Positions 39,786-52,197 of a stretch of 64,000 nucleotides of DNA are shown in pieces. This stretch comes from Squalus acanthias. Lineage: Eukaryota. Position 1 is the first letter of the stretch; every line of letters starts with the position of its first letter. The stretch lies in NCBI GenBank assembly GCA_030390025.1, contig CM059432.1:50160001-50224000 (forward strand), read 5' to 3'. Made by a program: the position numbers and the translations under genes. The notes under the pieces are model-generated. The model was not told where the DNA came from and did no database searches. It saw only the letters and a list, made by a program, of their open reading frames with translations.

Positions 39786-42700
39786 TTAGTTTAAAGTCCT
39801 GTCTACAGCCCTAGTTATTCGCTTCACCAGGACACTGGTCCCAGCCCGGTTTAAGTGGAGCCCGTCCCAACGGAACAACTCCCTGTTTTCCCAGTGCTGG
39901 TGCCAGTGCCACATGAACTGAAACCCCTTCCTCCCACACCACTCTTTGAGCCACACATTTAAACCTCTAATCTGTTTGTCCCAATGCCAATTTGCACGTG
40001 TCTCAAGTATCAATCCAGAGATTATTACCTTTGAGGTTCTGCTTTTTAATTTGGATCCTAGCTCCTCAAACTCCCTCAGCAGAACCTCATTCCTAGTCCT
40101 ACCTATCTTGTTGGTTCCTAAGTGGAACACGAGAACTGGGTCCTCCCCCTCCCACTCCAAGTTCATCTCCAGTCACGAGGAAATGTCTTTAACCCTGGCA
40201 CCAGGCAGGCAACACAACCTTCGGAACTCTCGGTCACGACTGCAGAGAACAGTATCTATCCCCCTGACTATACTGTTCCCTACCACAACTACATTCCCTT
40301 TCACTCCCCCCACTTGAATGGCCTCCTGCACCATGGTGCCACGGTCAGCTTGCTCATCCATCCTGTAGCTTTTCCTTCATACACACGGGCAGCAAGAACC
40401 TCATACCCGCTGGACAAGGGCAAAGGCTGAGGCTCCTCCAGCACTGCACCTGGGCCCCCTTACCTGCCTGAGTTGCAGTCACACCCTCCAGTCCCTGACC
40501 ATTAACCAGACCTGTACCACTACCTATCCCAAGGGGTGTGACTGCCTCCTGGATCAAAGTGTCCAGGTAACTCTCCCTATCCCTGATGCCCCGCAATGTC
40601 TGCACCTCAGTCTCCAGCTCAAAAACTCTGAGCTGAAGTTCCTCAAGATGCAGGCACTTACTGTAAATGTGGTTGTCCGGGATCACAATGCTCTCCGCAA
40701 ACTCCCACATGCTGCTGTTGTGGTGCGGCACACCACCTGCACTGCTATCCCTATATGACCTTGTTTTATTCAAATACGTGTAATTAAATTTGTATTTAGG
40801 TAACTTAGTTTACAGTGTAGTTTCTTGACTACTTACTTGATCTTGATTAAGTTATGGGGACTGAAATTAAATATCTACCTGTAACATAAAGCACTACAAG
40901 TAGTGTAGGCAAAAAGCAGCAACTCCTTCCCCCTCTTCTCCGAATTCCCACTCTTTCCAAATTCCCAAATGAAACACTCTGTTTAAGTCCACACTGTTTA
41001 ATCTCACTCTGAGCAGACCGCCTATAACAGATCTGCAGACTTGCCCTACGTGCTGTGCAGAGTGCACAGCAAATTCTCTGGTTTGGCAAAAGTCCCCTGG
41101 GTCTTCCTGGAATGAGACGGTGGCATAAAAGTTGAGAGCAATGGTCAATTTCTCTGCACAGTCGGAACTGTCCATGTGACGGATCTTGGCTGCAGATCTG
41201 CTATAGCAACGAACAGAGCTCCTCTAAATCTTCCTGACTGAAGTACAGCTTTCTGAGACAGAGCTCCTGGGAAAGGTCTTGGAAAGTGTACCTGGGTCTA
41301 TACATTCTGCTGGATGGGTGCTGCCGGGAAGGTTTGACTCTTCTCTGATTCTGCTTGATTAATCTGGCTTTCCATACAGCGTCCTGCTGCTCCTTTTTCT
41401 CCAGTACTGTATATAGATCATGTAAAATGCCAATTGTGCAGTCCTGAGACCCCAGCTCAGCAATTCTCAAAAAAACAATGCTTTCCAAGTAGATCGCATC
41501 ATGTAAGGAAGGTAGTAGATGCAGTGAGTCCCAAGATATGGCCAAAAGTCTCCACAAGCAACCTCAGTTCAGCAGTGTCCCTCTAACAAAATACTTCCAC
41601 CTTGATAAACAGGTCCTGGCAAACTGCGCCTTTTAAATAGGGGCACACTAGTTGGGTCTGCACGCTCCTGAGGGCCGATCGGAAGGCAGAAGTCATGCGT
41701 TTTAGGACCAGTGGCATCATTCCATTCTAACTTTGTCATTTGAATTTAGCTGCCGTTGGCAGGGTGGGCACTTATTCAGCGTTCCATGAAGCCCAACAGA
41801 ATTTATGCTTCTCCAGCAGAAACCCAGCACTCATTGGCCCTTTCAGAAATTCCTGGCCTGCAAAGATGTATTTGACAACTTACGCCTTCCCCTCAACCCA
41901 GGAATTCTGGGATCTATGAACCCACGCATGATAAAGTATTATACAATCTTTCATGAAATGGTGTAAAAGCCTCCCCTTTGTTAAGTTCACTCACGCAGGT
42001 TTGACCTGGAGTAATATAGTCACTTCTCAATTTGGTGGTGCAGCTGCTACAAGTTCATCAGGAGTGAATTTAACAAAGCATTAACAAGCAATAAATTAGC
42101 ATTTAGTCACTTTTTGTGAATGAATATTCATCCATTTTTGGAGAGGTAGCAATCCTCAGATTGTACAGTCTGTTAGCTCTTTCTATTGGCACCACATCAC
42201 TTTTTACTCACATCTACTTATTTGTGAATATTAGTAAAGGGAGGAAATTATGGGTCTAGATTTTCAAAAACAATTACTGCAACATAAATGATAAGCAGCA
42301 TAAATCTGCCTGATCTAATTCTAATGAATATTATACTATAGAAGGCACGTCTACATGGTGCAGAAAAGACTCATCTGAAACTCATTCAATTGCACTAAGC
42401 AAATCATTGACAGGACTTATCCACAATTGCATTTCAACAAGACTAAATTCATCACACAGCAATGTAGCAACATGAAAATAAAATGTAAGTAGAACAAGTT
42501 ACAGCTGTTACATTGTTTTAATTTTAAAAGCTCTAAGTCCCTTTCCATGACATGGCATATTTTACCAATGTCCTTGATGTGCTGTTAATTCTCAATAGCT
42601 TCGGAAAGATAATTGCTGTATGGCAGGTTAACAACAAATCTGAATTCATGGCAGCAGTGGTAGATTTGGGGATCCAAAAAATGAGCAAAATAAATTTAAA

Positions 42701-43011
42701 TAAATATTATACTATGCTGACAGATGTGTTAAATAATTCAGCATAAGCTAGGAGAATGTGAGGACAATTATTTTTCAAAGACTATTGAGAGTCCTATTTT
42801 CCTAATGCCAGCAATTTTATATACAGAAAAGAACAGTATTGAGATAAAGTTAATTTTTGCCATTTGCCCGTCGCAGTGCATTTTCTAATATGAAATCAAC
42901 ACAGTGGCAAAATCGTATTGCTCGAGGGCTAAAAAAAATGGAACCAATTATTAGGCGACTTATCTCTTACCTTAAGTAAGCTGTCACTCACCCATATTAC
43001 TGAGGAACTAT

Positions 43012-44030
43012 GGGCTGAATCTTCAGTCCTCCCACCCAGCAATAACAGGGTGGTAACGCCCTCAAAATGGAGTGTGCAGAACTTACCGCCTTGTTGCCGC
43101 AGTCGTGGTGGCCGCTGCCATTTTTCTGGGGTCCTCTGAGTAGGGCACCCAGCTGATTAAAATATTTAAATCAGGATCCTATAATGTCAATAGGACCCCG
43201 ATGACATTTCTGGGCTGAACTTATTTCTGATATGAATTCAGATCCAGGACTTTAAGAGTTAATTAACAAAGCCTCTTCCCAGTTGCTCTTAACATATGAA
43301 ATGGCTGGAACCTCCTAGACAATGAGGGTGCTCGACGTAATTTAAATCGAAATGTGTTTCCAAGGCTTTGGATTTGCAGAGCAGCTACATTCTGGCTTTG
43401 CAGATCAGAACTCAGACAAAGGCCTCAATTTTACAGGAAGGCAGGAATGGTGCGCGGGAGCCCTGTAGCGGACGCTGCACCCGGCAAGGTTGGGGACATG
43501 GAGGCCCTGCCGATCTTAACGGCGGGGCTCATTTAAATAAACCTTTCCAGTGTCCCACCCAATACCCAGTCAGATTCACTACCTGGCTGGTGGGCGGGAA
43601 TGGGAATTTAGCAGCAGGAGGCTGCTGCTGGGGAGCCGTGGGAACATCTCAGTGGGGGACATCTTTGGTGCATGAGTGGGAATAGTGGGCACAGCCCTGA
43701 GCCTGCTGATCTGTGCAGAATTAGGTCAACTAGGGACACTTCAGTAAGAAGATCGCTGAAGGGGGTTGGGGGGCAGGGGGAGGCGGTCTGGCCACAATCG
43801 GCTGAAAGGAGGCTGGGGCTGGGGAGGGCCAAGGCATTCCTGCTCCTCCTTGCCCACAAGGAGTTCAGAGACAGGCAAAGTTTTAAAGCTTTAAATTCCC
43901 TTTCGAGGCCAATGTCTGTCCAGGTGGTCTCAGATAATGGGGGCTCATTTAAAAAAAACAACTTCTAGGCAAACATTCACACCTTCAGGATTGTTGCATC
44001 CTTCTGGGTGTTGCAGGAGCTAGTTTCAAG
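43012..44030. mobile_element. Degenerate Harbinger-type MITE(s)
   Basis: Starts GGGCTGAATCTT; GC-rich interior like the other MITEs; right boundary unclear. Confidence 0.4.
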
Positions 44031-45032
44031 GGGTCCCACACCTGGTGGTGGAAGAAGAGGAGGACAATAACTAGTTTAACTGGCAGCTCTACTGACCAAC
44101 ACTGAACAGGAGAGGTGTCAGAAGTCAAACCCCCAACTTCCAAACTATCCAAAAGGAAAACAAAGCACATTTTCAAGGTCAGTTCTTAATGGCGAGTGAG
44201 GCGGGAAGGATAATAGTCCCCTTTAAAAGGAAAGCCATCCTAAACTTAAATAGTCAGGTTTCACAGAAAATTACTATTGAAGAAAAGTTTTCTAGCCTGC
44301 TGTGGCATTGTTTATTTTTTTTATTGACGAGGAGTGACTATTGGACGATTGGAGGAGTATACGAGGACACCTGCAAAATCACAATATCCAGTTAATATAA
44401 CAAAAAAGTCTCACTGTTACACTCCCCGCTCCCCCCACCAACACCCCCCCCCCCACCCCCGCCACCACCCTGCCCCCGCCCTTTTCCCAGTTATGCTATT
44501 GTGCATGTCTAGATATTGGATAGCAAAAATAGGCTCCTTATTGTGAGGGATGCTGATCTGCTTACAGAAAAGTCCAGTGACACTAGCCTGAGAGAATATC
44601 TAAGGCAGGCCCAAAATTTTTAACAATCTCCAATTGTACACTATTACCATCACAAACCTGTCTAAGACTCCTGGGGGGCGAAATTCATTATCGCCCAGGA
44701 ATGGGCGCTAACTTCGGAAAAGTTTGAAATTTAGCACCAGGCGCTAATGAATCTCGCTGCAAGCAAAATTCAGTGTCATTGCTCAAAGAAAGAACAGGAG
44801 CGCTAAATCAAGCGCTAATTACCTAGCTCAGTGGCGTTAGACTCAAAGCGCTAAGCAATTTCAGGTGCAGTCTAATTGCTTGTCATCATTGCCACAGCCT
44901 CTTTCCAGTTCTTAAAGGGGAGGTTCAATCATGCTGCAGAACCTCATTCTCAGCATTGCTGGTTTTGCAGCTGTGTCAGAAAGCAGCAGAAGGCCAAGGA
45001 GAAAGAACCGGACCACTGAAGGAGGTGCCATT

Positions 45033-46830
45033 ATGACAGATTAACGGCCCAGGGAGAGAGCTCGCAGATTCTACGACCAATCATTGGAGACCTTGGTCTT
45101 TGCTATGGAGAGATGGAGAGCGGTGCTGTACCCGGCAAGTGGCAGGAGGCCCTCGCCACAAGTCTTCCGTGCCATGTGGAGGGAGGTAGCCCAGCAGGAC
45201 CCACACACAGTTCAGGAAGAAATTTAACGACCTCACTCGGGTGGTCAGGGTGAGTCAATGCTTCAACAAATGCTACATACCACCATCTGAACCTTAGTCT
45301 GCACACACTGCCCAAAGCACCACACCCCCAGCACTCACCTACCAACAATCTCCACCTACTAACACTCACACCCACATCACACACCTTGCACACAATGACA
45401 GCTATTCAACTATGGCTGGCACATCACCCAAACACATTGCTCCACACTCACTCACACACTTTCCTCTCTCTTGCAGGCCAAGGTCGCTCACAACAGGAGG
45501 GAGCAGGAGCGCACAGGCGGGGGACAACCTGACACCCAACCACTGTCTGAGCTGGAGAATCGAGTGCTGCAAATCATTTGGCACCAGGTGGTGAGCACCG
45601 TGGCCACCGGCGAAGTTGACCCCATTGGGGACAACAACGGTGTGTTCATCCCTACTCCTTCTTCTCACATCCCACTTCCCCCTCACCCCACAAGCCTTTC
45701 CCACTTTCCAGCTAATCATGCTGTATGCATGCATTTCCCCCTGTCTCTGAGGGTACCATAGAGAGCGAGGCGGAAGAAGAGGAGGACAAAGGACACACCA
45801 CATCACTGCATGTCTCACCCGCAGGCACCAGCTCAGATACTGGCACTACGCATTCTTTAGAGGCTAGTATAGTAGTGGGATCTGCACAGGGTGATGCACC
45901 GGGAACGAGTGGGCTGCAGCAAGACCAGGGGGAAAGGGTAGCTCGGGGGCCAGCTCCCCGGATGCTAGCTCGCGCGTGAGTTCTGCTGCACAGGACTCAG
46001 ATGAGGACCTCGATGGGGAGACCTTTAGAAGAAGGGTGATGGGCATGTACATGGAGATGATAGGTGCAATGGCAAGGGTGCCTGAGAGCCATTCAGCAAT
46101 GATAAGGAGCGTGGAGGAGTCCACCTCCAACATTGCACAAGGCTCTGCGCAGAGCATGAAGCCCATCATTTGCAGTCTGCAACGGATGGTGGACTCCCAG
46201 TTTGACCATGGCGACCCAGACCTGATGCCGCATGTGATGGGCGATGTCGCAGCTTCCATTGCAGCACAGGCGGAAGCCACGCAACGTCTTAGTGCTGTCA
46301 TGCAGTCTATGCTTGGTGCCATCGATTCTCAGACTGCTCTCCTGCAGTCTCAGCTTGATGCCATGCAAGCTCTGACTGCTGCCACCGTGGCTGGGTCTAC
46401 CGCCGTCGACCGGGGCTTTCACGGTGTCGCAGCAGGCCAGTAATCTGTGCTCCAACAAATTGGTAGTGATGCTGAGGTGCTGCCCCCGGGGGAGTGGCAG
46501 TGGGTCAGTGGAGCAGGAACCTGCTGTCCTCTCTGAGGATGACAGCATTCCTGCTCCCACCACTGCCACTCCGCCATTGCCCTTGTCGCTGTCTATCATC
46601 CAGCCAGCCCAGACTGCTGCCGCCCTTGCTGAGGTGGTGCAGTCTACAGCCGGAACTGGTCGAGGGCGTCCTACAAGGCCATCTGAAGTCTTCCGCATGG
46701 ACACTCAGCAGCCTTCCACACGTCGTGCTGCAGCCACTGGGCCAACACTTCTTAGGAGCACTAGAGTAGGCAAAGGCACAGTAACGAGGGGCACTAAGGG
46801 ATTGCACAAGGTGAATATTGTTGTTGTAAA
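45033..46830 (+). pseudogene. Harbinger Myb/SANT-like (trihelix) partner gene, spliced
   Basis: Exon 1 RPRERARRF..LETLV..WREVA..RKKFNDL; GT..AG intron 45250-45476; exon 2 AKVAHNRREQERTGGG; a further exon from ~45752; stops present. Confidence 0.8.
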
Positions 46831-46976
46831 TATGAGTTCACTGATTATTGATAAGTTTATTAATTGGCTTTGGATGATTTTGTGGTGTCTCTCATTTCAG
46901 CTTTGCGCTGTGATATGGCCTGCGACAGGAATGGAATGATGGGGATGTGGTGAGCAACGGGGATCTGGGGTTTAAT

Positions 46977-47950
46977 TTATTGGAACCACAGTCTGATGAG
47001 GCTGTCATGGACCGCCCTTCCAGAAGGCCAATTGAGTGGCTGCCTCCTCCCTCACTCCTGTTCCTCCTCCTCCTCCTCCTCGTCTTCTTCTTCCTCCTTG
47101 TCCTCATCCTCCCCCTCCTCTCCCTCTTCCTCCTCCTGAGGAGGTCCCGCAATCCTTGGTGGCAAGGGCTGGGCCCTCATGATGGCCAGATTGTGGAGCA
47201 TGCAGCACACCATGACGAAATGGGATAACTGCTCCAGCGAGTACTGGAGGGCTCCTCCCGAGTGATCAAGGCAGCTTGAGCACCCCGATGGTCTGCTTGA
47301 TGATGTTCCTGGTGGCAGCATAGCTCTCATTATATAAGTGCTGAGCAGGAGTGCTGGGTTTGCGGAGGGGAGTCATGAGCCAGGTGGAGAGTGGATAGCC
47401 CTTGTCTCCGACCAGCCAGCCACAAGCTTGATGTGGCAGCTGGAAGAATGCTGGAACACTGGTCTGGCGCAGGATGAAGACATCGTGGCTGCTGCCAGGA
47501 TAGCGGGCATTCACATTGAGGATTCACTGTCTGTGATCGTTCACCAACTGCACATTAAGTGAGTGGTAGCCTTTGCAGTTACGGAAGATCTTAGGATTGT
47601 TATGCGGTGACCGCAAAGCTACGTGGGTGCAGTCAATGGCGCCCTGCACCATGGGGAAGCCCGCTAACCTGGCAAACCCACATGCACACTTGTTCTGCTT
47701 CTCTCTGGTGATGGGGAAGGAAATGTAGTCCCTTCTCCTACTGTAGAGAGCCTCCGTGACCTCACGGATGCATCCATGGACAGCGAACTGCGAAATGTTC
47801 GCTATATCTCCTGTTGCAGACTGGAAGGAACCGTTGGCGAAGAAATTGAGGGCGACGGTGACCTTGACTGCCACTGAGAGAGCTGTGGTCGACCTGATCT
47901 GAGGCTTGCTCCTCTTGGCCCACAAGCAATGCTGTAAAGGCACCTGTTGG
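46977..47950 (-). pseudogene. Harbinger DDE transposase, frameshifted and N-terminally damaged
   Basis: VKVTVALNFFANGSFQ, GAIDCTHV, YPGSSHD, VGDKGYP, LDHSGGALQY, CCMLHN. Confidence 0.9.
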
Positions 47951-48354
47951 CTCCGGTTGCTTACCTTGCTTGCAGGAGGGAGCAGATACTGTAGAGTCAG
48001 GGGAGCACTCTTGCTCCTCCTGGCTCCACAGAAATGTTGTCAATTCTTTTTAAAAACTGACTTTTTAGTGGCAGCCATTGCTTAGGCTGCAGTGGCTGTT
48101 TAAGAATCCTCAGTGGAGCATGCTCAGCATCTGAACTACCCAGTTTGGCAGAGGGGTCCTGAAACAGGCCTATGTAAGGGACTCAACGTCTGTTTTTGGT
48201 TACTGCCAGGAGTGCCACAATGAAATTAAAATCAAGGGGCTTCTATAACAGGCAGCCAATCCGCAATGCCAATTTTACATGTGGGGGTCAGTTGAAAATC
48301 TACCCCACTGAATCAAGGAGATGAGCTAACATGCAGGGTAACCAACTAACAACA

Positions 48355-48470
48355 AGTACTAAAGACAAAAAATGCTGGAAATACTCAACAGGTCAGCCTG
48401 CATCTGTGGAGAGAGAAAGAGTTAACGTTTCAGGTCGATGACCTTTCGTCAGAACTGAAAAAAGTTAGAG
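48355..48470 (-). mobile_element. Penelope pLTR fragment (second family)
   Basis: Contains a hammerhead followed by ctctctccacagatgc; homologous to 35227-35330. Confidence 0.7.
48420..48456 (-). ncRNA. Minimal type I hammerhead ribozyme motif
   Basis: Minus strand: agtt CTGACGA a aggtc-atc-gacct GAAA cg tt aact. Confidence 0.75.
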
Positions 48471-48839
48471 TCAGGAATTGGGTTGAGCGAAACAATGGGA
48501 GGTGTGGAGAAAGAAAAGTAAATAGAAATTGAGCAAAATAATGGAAGGCTGAGATAGAAACAGAACCTGAGGAATTAAGGCAACAGGGCAGACAGAAAAA
48601 AGAAATAGAGACTGTTAAAAAAAAAAGTCAGAGGAACAAAGGGCAAATGTGATGGGGAGACAGAGGCTTTATCAATTCTTTATCAATTCCTTGGTCCTCC
48701 TTTGCTGAATTCTAAAATCCTCCCAATCCTCAGGCTTACAACTCTTTTTGGCAACATTATAAGCCTCTTCCTGAAATCTAATACTATCTTTAACTTCTCT
48801 TGTTAGCCACGGTAGGGCCATTTTCCCTGTAGGGTTTCT

Positions 48840-49245
48840 ATTTTTTTGTATTCGCTTATGGGATCTGGGCGTCGCTGGCAAGGCCAGCATTTATTGCCCA
48901 TCCCTAGTTGCCCTTGAGAAGGTGGTGGTGAGCCAGACTGGTTTCCTCCCACAGTCCAAAGATGTGCGGGTTAGGTTGATTTGGCTATGATAAATTGACC
49001 CTTAGTGTTAGGGGGGGATTAAATACGTGGGGTTACGGGGATAGGGTGGGATATGTGTCGGTGCAGGCTCGATGGGCCGAAATGGCCTCTATCTGCACTG
49101 TGGGGATTCTGTGATTCTGTGTGATTCTTGAACCGCTGCAGTCCGTGTGGTGATGGTACTTCCACAGTGCTGTTAGGTAGGGAGTTCCAGGATTTTGACC
49201 CAGCGACGATGAAGGATCGGCGATATACTTCTAAGTCAGGATGGT
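48840..49245 (-). mobile_element. 3' end of the single-ORF LINE family (as at 60890)
   Basis: Reverse complement of the tail (tttattgcccatccctagttgcccttgagaaggtggtgg); interrupted by a SINE. Confidence 0.8.
48937..49127 (+). mobile_element. 5'-truncated V-domain SINE (HE1-like) with CR1-type tail
   Basis: ggtttcctcccacagtccaaagatgtgc..gttaggttgatt..aaattg; tail gatgggccgaaatggcct..(attctgtg)n. Confidence 0.65.
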
Positions 49246-49249
49246 CTAT

Positions 49250-49770
49250 TCCTCAAAGGAAGTATATTCTATTTATAAAGAGCGGCATAGAGTACAAAAG
49301 CAAGGAAGTTATGCTAAACCTTTGTAAAACACTGATTAGGCCCCAGCTGGAACATTGTGGCCAATTCTGGGCACCACACTTCAGGAAGGATGTCAAGGCC
49401 ATGGAGCGGGTGCAGAAGAGATTTCTTCAAATTATGAAGGGTTTTGATAGAGTAAATAAGGAGAAACTTTTCCAGTGACAGATGAGTTAGTAACCAGAGG
49501 ACACAGATTTAAGGTAATTAACAAAAGAACCAGAGGCGGCATAAGGAAAAAAAGATTACGCAGCGAGTTGTGGTGCCTGAAAGGGTGGTGGAAGCAGATT
49601 CAATCATAATATTCAAAAGGAAATTTGATAAATACTTGAAGGGGAGGAAATTGCAGGGCTATGGGGAAAGAACAGGGGAGTGGGACTAATTGGAGAGCTC
49701 TTTGAAAGAGCTGACAGAGGCACGATGGGCCGAATAGCCTCCTTCTGTGTTGTTTCATGCTATGATTCTA
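49250..49770 (+). mobile_element. CR1 3' fragment (another CR1 piece lies on the minus strand at 48670-48840)
   Basis: IEYKSKEVMLNL..FWAPHFRKDV; CR1 3' UTR. Confidence 0.8.
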
Positions 49771-49826
49771 AGACCAGTTTGTAAACGGCTCTGCAGGTTT
49801 ATGTTAAATTACACACCCATTGGGAA

Positions 49827-50514
49827 GGGCGGGATTTTAATCCCTCCCACCAGGTGAAAGCCAGACTGGAAGGTTAATTTAAAATAAGGGCAGTGACATA
49901 CTGCAGGATTTGATTTTAACCTGACATCTTCAGCAGGTGCGCAGGACATCCGGCCGAAAACTGACAGGCAAAATGGCGGCGCTGACTAACCCGATGTGAT
50001 CCCCCTGCCGTCCCGCAGGTTGGAATTTTAATCTACGCTTTTGCACAGGCGAGCGTCCACTAAAAGGCAGCGGAGTTTTGCTTTAAATATGCAATGTTAG
50101 CCTGAGGCCTGAGCAAGTGGGCAGCAGTGCCTTCCCCGCCAGGCCAAACCTACCAAGAGCTGCATCAATGGTTTGAAGAGGCCCAGTGACATTTGCTTAG
50201 GTTCCCCTGCCTCTGACCTTCCTCCCCTCCCCTGACAGCAATCTCCTGCTGAACTGCCCCCCCTCAAATCAACCTACTTTAGTGCAGGGACTGTTCCCAT
50301 GGGTTCTCGGCGATGGCCTCCTGCTGCCCAAAATCCCGCTCCTGCCCATTGGCCAGGTAGTGGATTAAGTCGGGAGGTCGACAAGCAACATGTCAATGAA
50401 GCCCGACTGTTAAAATCAGCCAGGCCTCGCACCAATGACACCATTCAGGTCCGTTGCCTGCCTCAGAACAACCTCTCCCCTGCATTAATCCTGCCCAAAA
50501 ATAAAATCGACCCC
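49827..50514. mobile_element. Harbinger-type MITE
   Basis: Ends GGGCGGGATTTTA / TAAAATCGACCCC. Confidence 0.55.
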
Positions 50515-50805
50515 TATATTGCAATCGCCAGCTGTCAGCAACTTAGATCCAGTTAAGTCTCTTGTTTTAGCATTTCTTGATTCCTGAACACCTTACAGAA
50601 CAGTACTGATTAGCATTCAGATTCGCATCAAAGGACAGCACACAAAGAACAGCCATGTGCCACTTGGTCACATTTGATTGTGCACGTATTCCTAACATGT
50701 GTTACAGTGCCAGGTGCATCCCCGGTGTCCTCAGATGCACGCATTTACTGGTATGTTAAATTAATCAATCAGTTGGGCTGCCCAGTACAAACGCAGCTTT
50801 CTTAC

Positions 50806-50934
50806 CATGCTTAGTTTCCAGCGTCCGATCCCCATGCGAGCAATAGCGGTGGGTTTTGCCTCTGCCATGAGCACCATGACAGACACTACTCCAGGACTGG
50901 CTCTGGGACAGCGCTCTGTTCAGTAGATGAGGAC
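50806..50934 (-). other. Candidate host-gene exon (129 bp)
   Basis: Acceptor ctcttgtttctatcctgctctctcgtgttcAG and donor ATG/GTAAGA, in sequence I could not assign to any repeat. Readings: phase-1 PHLLNRALSQSQSW..., or start exon MVLMAEAKPTAIARMGIGRWKLSM. Confidence 0.5.
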
Positions 50935-51095
50935 CTGAACACGAGAGAGCAGGATAGAAACAAGAGCTACTTTTCCTCTTGTGGTAGAGGTGAACGTTAG
51001 ATTACAAAATCAAGTGACTGGATTGCGGTCACTTGGTTGTAAAAAAGTGAGAAGTCACACAACACCAGGTTATAGTCCAACAGTTTTATTTGAAA

Positions 51096-51133
51096 TCACA
51101 AGCTTTCGGAGCGGCTGCTCCTTCGTCAGGTGA
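51096..51133 (-). ncRNA. Minimal hammerhead motif (inverted arm)
   Basis: Reverse complement of 52160-52197. Confidence 0.75.
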
Positions 51134-52159
51134 AGTAAAGGAATACAAATCGACAAAGCATATATAGATAGAGAACAATGCATGTGTAACGTACAATGGC
51201 AGACGACTACATTTAATCCTCCTGACTGCCTTTTGTCACACCTACGCCATGTTCTTCGCAGCCTTCAACATGTCATTGATGACGACGAACACCTCGCTAA
51301 GGCCATCCCCACGCCTCCACTACTTGCCTTCAAACAGCCGCCTAACCTCAGAAGTACCATCGTTCGCAGCAAATTACCCAGCTTTCAGGATAACAGCGAC
51401 CACGACACCACACAACCCTGCCACGGCAACCTCTGCAAGACATGCCAGATCATCAACACAAATACCATCATCACACGTGAGGACACTACCCACCAGGTAC
51501 ATGGTACATACTCATGTGACTCGGCCAACGTTGTCTACCTGATACGTTGCAGGAAAGAATGCACCGCGGCATGGTACATCGGCGAGACCATGCAGACACT
51601 GAGACAACGTATGAACGGACACCGCGCAACAATCGCCAGGCAGGATTGTTACCTCCCAGTCGGGGAACACTTCAGCAGTCAAGGACATTCAGCCTCGGAA
51701 AAGCGGGTAAGCGTTCTCCAAGGCGGCCTTCGAGACACACGACAACGCAAAATCATCGAGCAGAAACTGATAGCCAAGTTCCGCACTCATGAGGACGGCC
51801 TCAACCGGGATCTTGGGTTCATGTCACGATACATGACGTAGAGTCATCCAGACTCGAGTCGTCGTTGGCTTGTTCACAGATGTGATTTCCAGTAAAAAAA
51901 AGTAAAAATGTTAAAGTTTATCGTTTTCCATACCGACTGCAGCTTTTGACACATTAGACCCCCTGTGACCCCACCTCATTGTCTCAGTTGTATCTTGCTA
52001 TGTCTTTGATGTGGTGCCTTCCTGGCTGACCTGATTGTTTATCTGCCGAGGTGTGACAAAAGGCAGTCAGGAGGATTAAATGTAGTCGTCTGCCATTGTA
52101 CGTTACACATGCATTGTTCTCTATCTATATATGCTTTGTCGATTTTGTATTCCTTCACT

Positions 52160-52197
52160 TCACCTGACGAAGGAGCAGCCGCTCCGAAAGCTTGTGA
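52160..52197 (+). ncRNA. Minimal type I hammerhead ribozyme motif
   Basis: tcac CTGACGA a ggagc-agcc-gctcc GAAA gc tt gtga. Confidence 0.8.

Larger units (their letters stand above)
37245..41080 (-). mobile_element. CR1 with 5' UTR, ORF1 (zipper + SGNH esterase) and partial ORF2
   Basis: ORF1 pieces: KCLHLEELQLRVFELE, VVVGNSIVRG, CLPGARV, HLGTN, DGLHLN. ORF2 pieces: [32 protein letters not shown]. The EN region is missing where a MITE sits. Confidence 0.88.
35340..41858. mobile_element. Degenerate Harbinger element disrupted by nested insertions
   Basis: Partner-gene-like remnant at 35340-36400 (+); transposase 3' end at ~36640-36866 (-; LDRS, AFCVLHNFA); 5' part at 41085-41560 (-; MYRPRYTF, KLTIALNFYATVSFQ); possible terminus GAAATTCCTGGCC at 41858. 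Confidence 0.6.
44673..48306. mobile_element. Two-gene Harbinger transposon relic
   Basis: Left end GGGGGCGAAATTC with AGCGCT/GGCGCT repeats; Myb gene on + and transposase on -, convergent; candidate right end AAAATCTACCCC. Confidence 0.75.
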
